Positions 56,970 to 64,000 of a stretch of 64,000 nt of DNA are shown here, in pieces. Source of the stretch: Hemiscyllium ocellatum (taxonomy: Eukaryota); contig NC_083448.1 in NCBI RefSeq assembly GCF_020745735.1, positions 20,458,006-20,522,005 of the forward strand. Direction: 5' to 3'. Position numbers and translations under genes: made by a program. The stretch's first letter is position 1, and each line of letters begins with the position of its first letter. A model generated the notes under the pieces. The model was given only the letters and a program-made list of their open reading frames with translations. It did not search any database and was not told the origin of the DNA.

Positions 56970-59900
56970 GTAAGGGCGGTCAGGCCTTCATCTCTAACTG
57001 TTTTGTAAACTTGATTGCTTTACGGTTTGCCTTCCTGGTTTGGTCATGGCTATAGTGGTGTTTAACTTCCCAGTCATGTTACATTCCTGTTTCTGTTAGT
57101 GTTACTTAGGTAGAGACCTGGCAACACTAAGCTTTTTGATCTTAACTGTCTCCAAGCCCAAGGGCTAAGAGGCTATGCTGTCTGCTTAGTATGGGTGGGT
57201 GGTGTTCAGGGTGATGTGGGGGTGTGGGTGTTGTGTGGAGGGGTGGGGCCTCTTGTTTGGCTGCCATCTTGTTTTGTAGAGTCACACACCACAGAAACAG
57301 ATCCTTCGGTCCAACTCGTGGTACTGGGCTTTATACCCTAATGGGAGACTGATTGGTGATGGTGTTCCTGTGGAGAATGCTCCAGCAATTGGCCAGTTCA
57401 ATGTTTTCCCTGTCCTGTTGTGAAAGTAGGAATTCCTTTTTGCTGAAATATAATGGAATCCTGCATTAACTAGCCTCCAATGTGTGCCGAGGTATCGCCC
57501 TGCTGAGTTACCTGGTCATGCTGAATCTGTCCACACTCTGATTTCAAACCCAGTCTGGTTTCCTTGGTGAGTGTTGCTCAAGATCAGGATAACCTCTCAT
57601 TGAGGGTTATATACCCCCATCCACTTGGTGACTGTTCCCTGCAGTGGTTAACCCTATGTTCTGCTGTTGGTTGTGAATGAGGTGGGGGGGGGGGGGTGCT
57701 TCATGGGACCACACAAGAGTCTCAATGCCAACACAAGACAGTCCCATTCTGGTGCACTGTTTCCTGACCAAACCCTTGTCTGTGTTCCATCAGCCTGCCC
57801 GATCAGAGAATAATGACACAGCTCCATGTTAAACTGCATCTCCATGGCAACAGCAGTGCACCCAATCACTTGCTGTCTTTCTGGCTTCAGCTATGTTCCT
57901 ATCCTTAGCTTTCCCATGTTCCCTTGCTGAAGAGGACAGGGTGAAACCCTTACAAGTGCTCTCCTTCTGTAAAATGTTGACTGATGCCATCCCTGTTAGT
58001 AGATGAAGCCCTTCCCCTGGGAGTTTACTAACAGCTATCTCTTGTCTTTGGGCTGATTTATTACCAACCCCTGAACCTGCACCAGGTTCACGCTACTCAT
58101 TGGCCTGAGATTCTTTGTTCATGGATGCTACTCTGAAGCGTTTGATCGTCTTATTGAGTTGGTTGAGGTTGGTTATGAGTCTGAGTCCTAAGGACAGAGA
58201 CAGGACCATCCATGCCAAACCTAAATATTCCTGATGAAGGGCTTGTGCCCGAAACATCGAATTTCCTGTTCCTTGGATGCTCCCTGACCTGCTGCACTTT
58301 AACCAGCAATACATTTTCAGCTCTGATCTGCAGCATCTGCAGACCTCGCTTTTTACTCAAACCTAAATATCCATCTACTCTAACTCCAGGTCCCTGCACT
58401 GAACCCATATCATCCTCAACTTTATCCTAAAGTCCAAATGCCTTTATTTTAGTGTGTTGCTGTGCTCCCAGCATCTCTCGTTGACAATACATGTCTCATC
58501 CTTTCATGCTCAAGATGGTTCTGAAGTTCTTTGTGAATAGAATTGGTTCCCTGTACCTGTGTTGTTGTGGGAATAGTGGGCTGTCCTGGTGTAGTTATGA
58601 TTGAGTTCTTTTGAGTCTCCTGGCTATAGTCAGTCAGTTCTCACATGGACTGCAGGGGTTCAGGAAGGTAGCTCCCCCTGCCCCCCCAGCTTTCCCAGGG
58701 CAACTAGGGATGGGCATTGTGCTGGTCCAGCCAGTGATGCCATTGTCTCAGGGACCCACCTTAATACAGATGTGCTTTGCAATGAGTGGAAATTGAGTTC
58801 ACGGAAAGATGTCTTGTGTTCTGACAGCTGTGACTGGGCTGAAGGATTTGCTGCTGACCCCCACCTTGCCCCCCTCTCGGGGGACATGCTGTTTGAGATG
58901 TGGACTGATGGAAGGCTATGCCAAGTGTTATCTTCAACAGGACTTGGGTGTTTGACCAGTTCACCCTGAGGAGTAATTAGCATTGAGGTAGATCAGTCCA
59001 GGCACCGTTGGTTCCCTGTCCTGATCCCATCCCTGATCTCTTGTCCAGCTGCCATTAGTCCTGTTTGGGACATGCTCTGAGCTTGTGCATGGTTTGGGAG
59101 AATTCTCCCTGGGACAAATCCCATTGAGCAGCTACCAATTCAGGATTGCATTGAAACCACCTGCTTTCTGTTTTGGAAAGTCACCTGTCCTGTAACTGCA
59201 GCCCCACAGCAGTGTTACCTCGGGACACTTACTGACAGGGGAATAAATGCTGTCTTTGTATTACAATGCCTGTAGTCCATGATTGATCTGAAAAGGTGAC
59301 AGAAATGTGAAGAAGTCTGTGTGTGATCATGCCTTTCCCTTGATTGCAGGTTGTGAGCTGAACGCTAACCAACTGACCCAAAAGTTTGAAGTTACGGATG
59401 ATGAGCTCAGTGAACACCAGCTGGTTTTGAAGACGGTAATGTGCTGATTGCTTTCCTCCATGTCTTGTGCTGTTTGGGGCTAGTTATGGTCTATGCTGTT
59501 TGCCTGGGGTCTTAGAAGTCTTCAGATCTCCAAATGCTGCTGAGTTGTATGGACAGTGAGCTGAGCTCCTCTCTATCCCTGGGCATTTCAGTCCAAGCAC
59601 ACCTTACTGCCTTCCCATGGGCCCCTGGGGCTGACAGGTCAAGTGCCAAGTGAGTGAGACTTCACCAATCTGTCATTGCTCATTCCTGGTTGTATTTTAA
59701 CAGGGAAGGTAATGGAGTTCCTGGAGAACTGAAGCTTGGCTTGGGGGGTGGTCTAATCCAGTATTTTGATAAAACAGACAAGAGCCAGACTGACCCAATT
59801 TGGTGGTAGGGCCTTGGAGTGTTTTAGAACAGATGTCTGGGTTCAGGTACATCATTGGAAGTTAGCATCACATTGTTTGGGAGGTTAAGTTTGTCAGTAT

Positions 59901-62900
59901 GCTTGCCCCCCACTGTTCAGTCCTTCCAATCTAGGACATGGTGAGAGCTCCTGGAATACTGTGTCCATTTGTGGTCACCCTGTTATCAGAAGGATATGAA
60001 GTTGGTGAGGTTTCAAACACATTTCCCACTACAGGTTGAATGTATGGCAGAGCAGTAGGCATTAACTTGCACTTTGGTGTAGCCTTTGATAAGCTTCCAT
60101 GTACTCATTCATTGAGGTAGATCACATAGGATTGTGCAAGAGCTGCCAACTTGTTTGACAGGTGCATGTCATGGACGGTTGGAGGCCTGTGACCAGTGAT
60201 GTTCCACAGTGATTGGTGCTCAGTCTTGTTTTGTTGGTCATCTACAAATGGTCTAGATGAGAATGTAGCAGGTGTGGTTATGAAGTTTGTGGATGACACC
60301 AGGATTAGTGCTACTGTGGACAATGAAGAAGATTATCTCAGAATACCAAGAGGTCTTGCTACAATTAAGATTAGAGCCTTGGGTTGTGGCTTTGAACAGA
60401 GGGGTTAAAGTACAGAATTGTTTTGGCTCTCATGCACTGAGAAGGTGGTTAAGGAGGGGTTTAGTATATGTCGCTTCATTGGTTAGACTTTAGACTCTGA
60501 TCGTTGGGATGTTACATTGATGTCCAGGATGTTGGTGAGGCCTCTTCTGGATGACTGTGCCGTTCCAGTTGCCCTGTTACAGGAAGGATATTAGAACATT
60601 GGAGAGGGTTCAGCAGAGTTTTACCCAAGTCTTGTTGAATGAGGAGGGTTTGTGATGTAGGGAGAGGCTGATTTCATTCACTAGTCTCGAAGGTTGAGGG
60701 GTGACCTTGGATGAGGGTTCTAGACGAGATGAAGGACATGTTTCCTTGGCTGAGGGTCAAGTTCAACATTTGGTGGCTTTTTTCAAAGGTGAGGAACAAG
60801 ATTGTCAAGGCGTGGAGACAGTTTTGTCAATTGTTTTGTGGGGGACCCATTTAGAGCAGGTGGTGGATGTCTGCACAGGTCATCTTTGAAAACATTTGGG
60901 CAGATGCATGGATAAGGAACATTTGGATGGATATGGGCCAAGTTCAGGCAGGTTGGGTTAGCTTAGTTTGGGACTGTTTGGCTTGGACTGTGCTGTCCAT
61001 GTCTAATCTTAACTCCTGGTGGGGTTGTGTGGGGGGTTGTCATGAGGGGTCCCCAGTGACACTCTTTGCAGGTGAACAAATGCTTGTGGCCAAATGCATC
61101 TCAGGAATATCAGGATATCTGATGCCCTGGGCCAGTGTTATCACAACCAGAGAGTCAGTGTGACCTGAGGGTTCCAGGGTTTAGCATAAGCTAACTTTCC
61201 ATTTGGAACACCACTGAAGGAGCTGCCTCTGGGTTGTTGAGTTGAGTCTTGAACTTAGCAACTGAAGGAATTTGGGACTGACTATATGAGCTGTTGCTGT
61301 CATGTCAAATAAGCACACAGAAAAGCTGATGGAAACCAGGCACATCCTTCAATATGCTTGCCTTCAGTTTCCCCCACTCCATGTACATGTGGCCTACCTT
61401 CTACATTAGCTTGAGTACTGTTCTGCATTCCTGTTTAAGGCTGTGTCTGTTTAACTTGTAGATATGTTTGGGTGTTGGTGCCAAGGATGAAGTGAACATT
61501 GTGGAGATAGTACCAGAGGATGAGAGTGCACCCATTCCTATTGCAACCTTGCAGCTGTCCATCTTACCAATGGTTAGTCACGGAGATCCTCACTTATTGG
61601 TGCCTGTGTGTTGAAGAGTTTCATGTGTACACAGATCCCCCTTTAACAATGCTGCAGTCTGGCCTTACTATGCTCCCTAACTTCAGTGTGCTTTGTGTTT
61701 GTCTGGCTGGGTTTTGCCGTGTCTCTTCGCACACAGTAACTATGCCATTGTTGGTTTTGTATTGCTTCCTAGACCACCATCTGTGGGATTGAGCTGACTC
61801 CCCCTGTTACCTTCAGACTGAGGAATGGATCCGGGCCTGTCTATGTCACAGGACAGAACATTGTCTGTAAGTGCCCCAGTCAGCCTCTGACACTCTGTTC
61901 TCACTCAGTCTCAGAGCTGGGTCTTCTGCACTTTCTCTGATCATTCTCTCCTTCAGTTCTTCATCTGAGGTGGTGACCATCAATAGTTGAACCAACTGAG
62001 CATATCCTGCCAGCTTGCTGTCTGGGGGAGTTAGCAAAGGAAGCCTAGTTGAATTTTGACCATGTAGTGACTGTCAATTATCACAAAGAAGCCATTAACT
62101 TCACACATACACCCTTTGGTTGCAGTGGAAGCCATCTGAGTTGCCTGGTCTGGAGTAACTGGGAATCTGTGACCCATAGCAGTGATGGTGGCTTTCCTTG
62201 ACCTTGAAATGGCTGGGCTAGACATGGTGGTCAAGGGCAGCCAGTCAGCCAATGGCTACAGGCTTCACAAGTCAGAAGCGAAATCCCTGACCAAGGGAGA
62301 GATGAGACTTGCTATTTGCAGCAAATTCTCCTGAAATCTGACAGCAACAGTGGAGTGAGCGGCAGTTCATATTGGCATTAACAAAACCAAAATCCAAGAT
62401 CAGTTAGGAAGCAAAAACTGGAATTGCTGGAGAGACTGTGGGTCTGGCAGAATCTGTGGAGGGAAGGCAGAGTTCATATTTGGAGCATTGTTTCCAAGAA
62501 CAGTCCCTGGACTCCATGTTAATGGCTTACTCAGGAAATGCTGTCGGATCTGAATATTTTCAGTATTCCTGGTTTCTAATTCCGATGTCCAATATGATGC
62601 TTTGTTGATGGGGTTCATACTTCAGGAGGGTGCTAGGGTATACCCCACTTGCCTGGATGGATGCAAGTCCAAAAACACAACAGGCTTGACATCATCCAGG
62701 ACAAATCTGTCCCTGTTTAACTTGGACCACATCCACAAGTATTCACTCCCTCCTCCACCGGTGCTCAATAGCAGCATGTGCACTATCTACAAGATGCACT
62801 GCAGAAATTCACCCAAGACCCTCTGACAATACAGTCCAAACCCATGACCACTTCCATCGAGAAGGACAAGGGCAGCAGATACGTGGGAACATCACCCCCA

Positions 62901-63778
62901 TGCCAGTTCCCCATCCAGCTACTCACCATCCTTGTAAATATATTGCTGTTCCTTCACTGTCACTGGGTCAGAATCCAGGAATTCCCTCTAAGGCATTGTG
63001 GGTCAACCCACAGCACATGGACTGCAGTGGTTTGAGAAGGTGGCTCATGGGGCAACTAGGGACAAGGTGCTAAATACTGGGCCCAGCCTTGTCATGTGAC
63101 AGGTATTGTAAGTTCAGGTTGGCAGTGGGCTGTGTGGGGGATAGAGTCTGAGCATCACCAGCCCTGGCCATACCTGACCCTGCCCCTTCTGGGGACCGTT
63201 TGCATGAAGCTGCCAGTATAGGGCCTGAGAAAGTCTCTCCATGCTGTCGTCACCTCACAGCTCATGTTCCTGTTGTTTTGAGTCACTGAATAAACTTGTT
63301 AGCCAGTGGGTTATAGGAGCTGACACACTGGCTCCTGATACATGATGGGAATGGACACTATCAGGACAAGGCTATTTGAACTGTCTGTTCTCTCCCCGTT
63401 TCTCTCTAGTAGAGGATTATCCATGGGGTGAGGAGGAAGAACAAGAGGAGGAAGAGGAGGAGGAAGAGGAGGAAGTGGAAACGCCCCCAAAACCAGTCAA
63501 AAGGCCAGCATCCACCAAAAAAGCAGGACTTTCCAAGGTGGCTGTGTTGTGGTGTGGCGGTGGGGGGTGGTGGTGGGAGTGGGGTGCTGTGTCCCTGTTA
63601 CTGAGCTGTTTCCCTCTCCTTGTCCCTTTCAGAAGAAGAAGGTAGACACTGACAAGTCGGAGTAAGTACCTATTCAGTTAACATCCTCAGGCACTTGACC
63701 ATGAGCAGCAGTCAGTCCATGTTGATGGGTGACTTTATTTGCAGAGAGGAGTCTGGTGAAGAACAGCCTGTGAAAAAG
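56912..63778 (+). CDS. NPM2: Nucleoplasmin (NPM2), oocyte histone chaperone; 7 coding exons seen, final exon probably beyond the window
   Basis: Exons 56912-56969, 59350-59435, 61462-61572, 61773-61866, 63410-63537, 63633-63661 and 63745-63778 give [127 protein letters not shown]...[40 protein letters not shown]. This is colinear with recalled Xenopus nucleoplasmin, including the bipartite NLS. XPO7 synteny supports NPM2. Confidence 0.92.
58227..58262 (+). ncRNA. Minimal type I hammerhead ribozyme motif (Penelope-associated)
   Basis: ATTC-CTGATGA-A-GGGC-TTGT-GCCC-GAAA-CA-TC-GAAT: intact core, 4-bp stems I and II, vestigial stem III. Confidence 0.65.
58229..58357 (+). mobile_element. About 130-bp Penelope terminus insertion flanked by a 13-bp direct repeat (CAAACCTAAATAT)
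   Basis: Direct repeat at 58216-58228 and 58358-58370; the insert is homologous to family A termini. Confidence 0.8.
59350..59435 (+). CDS. NPM2: NPM2 coding exon 2
   Basis: [28 protein letters not shown]. Confidence 0.9.
59720..61005 (+). mobile_element. Heavily decayed CR1 LINE fragments in an NPM2 intron
   Basis: [18 protein letters not shown] and recognisable CR1 tail remnants. Confidence 0.65.
61462..61572 (+). CDS. NPM2: NPM2 coding exon 3
   Basis: [37 protein letters not shown] (AKDE loop). Confidence 0.92.
61773..61866 (+). CDS. NPM2: NPM2 coding exon 4
   Basis: [31 protein letters not shown] (GSGP loop). Confidence 0.92.
62600..63090 (+). mobile_element. Old LINE 3' fragment (related copy at about 6505-6740)
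   Basis: Shared motif ACCATCTACAAGATGCACTGCAG...GGACAAGGGCAG at both loci. Confidence 0.55.
63410..63537 (+). CDS. NPM2: NPM2 coding exon 5 (A2 acidic tract, NLS first part)
   Basis: EDYPWG, Glu-rich tract, [21 protein letters not shown]. Confidence 0.9.
63633..63661 (+). CDS. NPM2: NPM2 coding exon 6 (NLS second basic cluster)
   Basis: KKKVDTDKS(E); ttcag/gtaagt. Confidence 0.85.
63745..63778 (+). CDS. NPM2: NPM2 coding exon 7 (A3 tract)
   Basis: [11 protein letters not shown]; gcag/gtaggc. Confidence 0.82.
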
Positions 63779-64000
63779 GTAGGCTTCTGTTTAACTCTGT
63801 CTACAGTTGGAATCTGATCATGGCTGTGCGCTTTGAGGGTTTGCTTGTTGTTGTAAGTGGTGGGTTTTCCCAGTTGTGACTGTGGCCTTTGTGGGATTGG
63901 GGTGTGTGGATCTGGAAGTGACCAGTTGGTCTGTCGGCTCTGCCCCACGGTATTGAGATGTTTCTGTCGCAGTGGTAATAGGGAGCAACATGTCTGACAT

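Noticed and set aside
56912-63778. Assignment as NPM1 or NPM3
   Set aside because: The EDYPW, single long acidic tract, KRPA..KKAG..KKKK layout and XPO7 linkage match nucleoplasmin/NPM2.

Overview
Vertebrate genomic DNA, almost certainly from an elasmobranch: it carries several HE1-type V-SINEs, CR1/HER1 LINEs and Penelope elements. The ORF track is mostly noise. Four spliced genes can be rebuilt by hand from GT-AG exons whose phases all close. In order they are the last two coding exons of XPO7 (+, 55-1450), a complete PBDC1 (-, 8825-3010, 6 exons, 197 aa), a complete beta-TrCP-family F-box/WD40 gene (+, 9734-35694, 12 coding exons, 539 aa) lying head-to-head with PBDC1, and nearly all of nucleoplasmin NPM2 (+, 56912 to beyond 63778). 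The main observation concerns the beta-TrCP gene. It mixes BTRC-type and FBXW11-type residues, has private substitutions, and sits between XPO7 and NPM2, which are neighbours at human 8p21 where no beta-TrCP gene exists. It is therefore a candidate third beta-TrCP ohnolog, retained in cartilaginous fish and absent from mammals. Other points of interest are minimal hammerhead ribozyme motifs in Penelope termini, an inverted minisatellite copy bracketing the F-box exon, a stop-generating NAGNAG acceptor in NPM2, an oocyte-type NPM2 promoter, and a decayed Gmr1-type (PR-IN-RT order) Gypsy element. There are two assembly gaps (25263-25602 and 42422-42561). All homology calls rest on recalled protein sequences, not database searches, and repeat boundaries are approximate.
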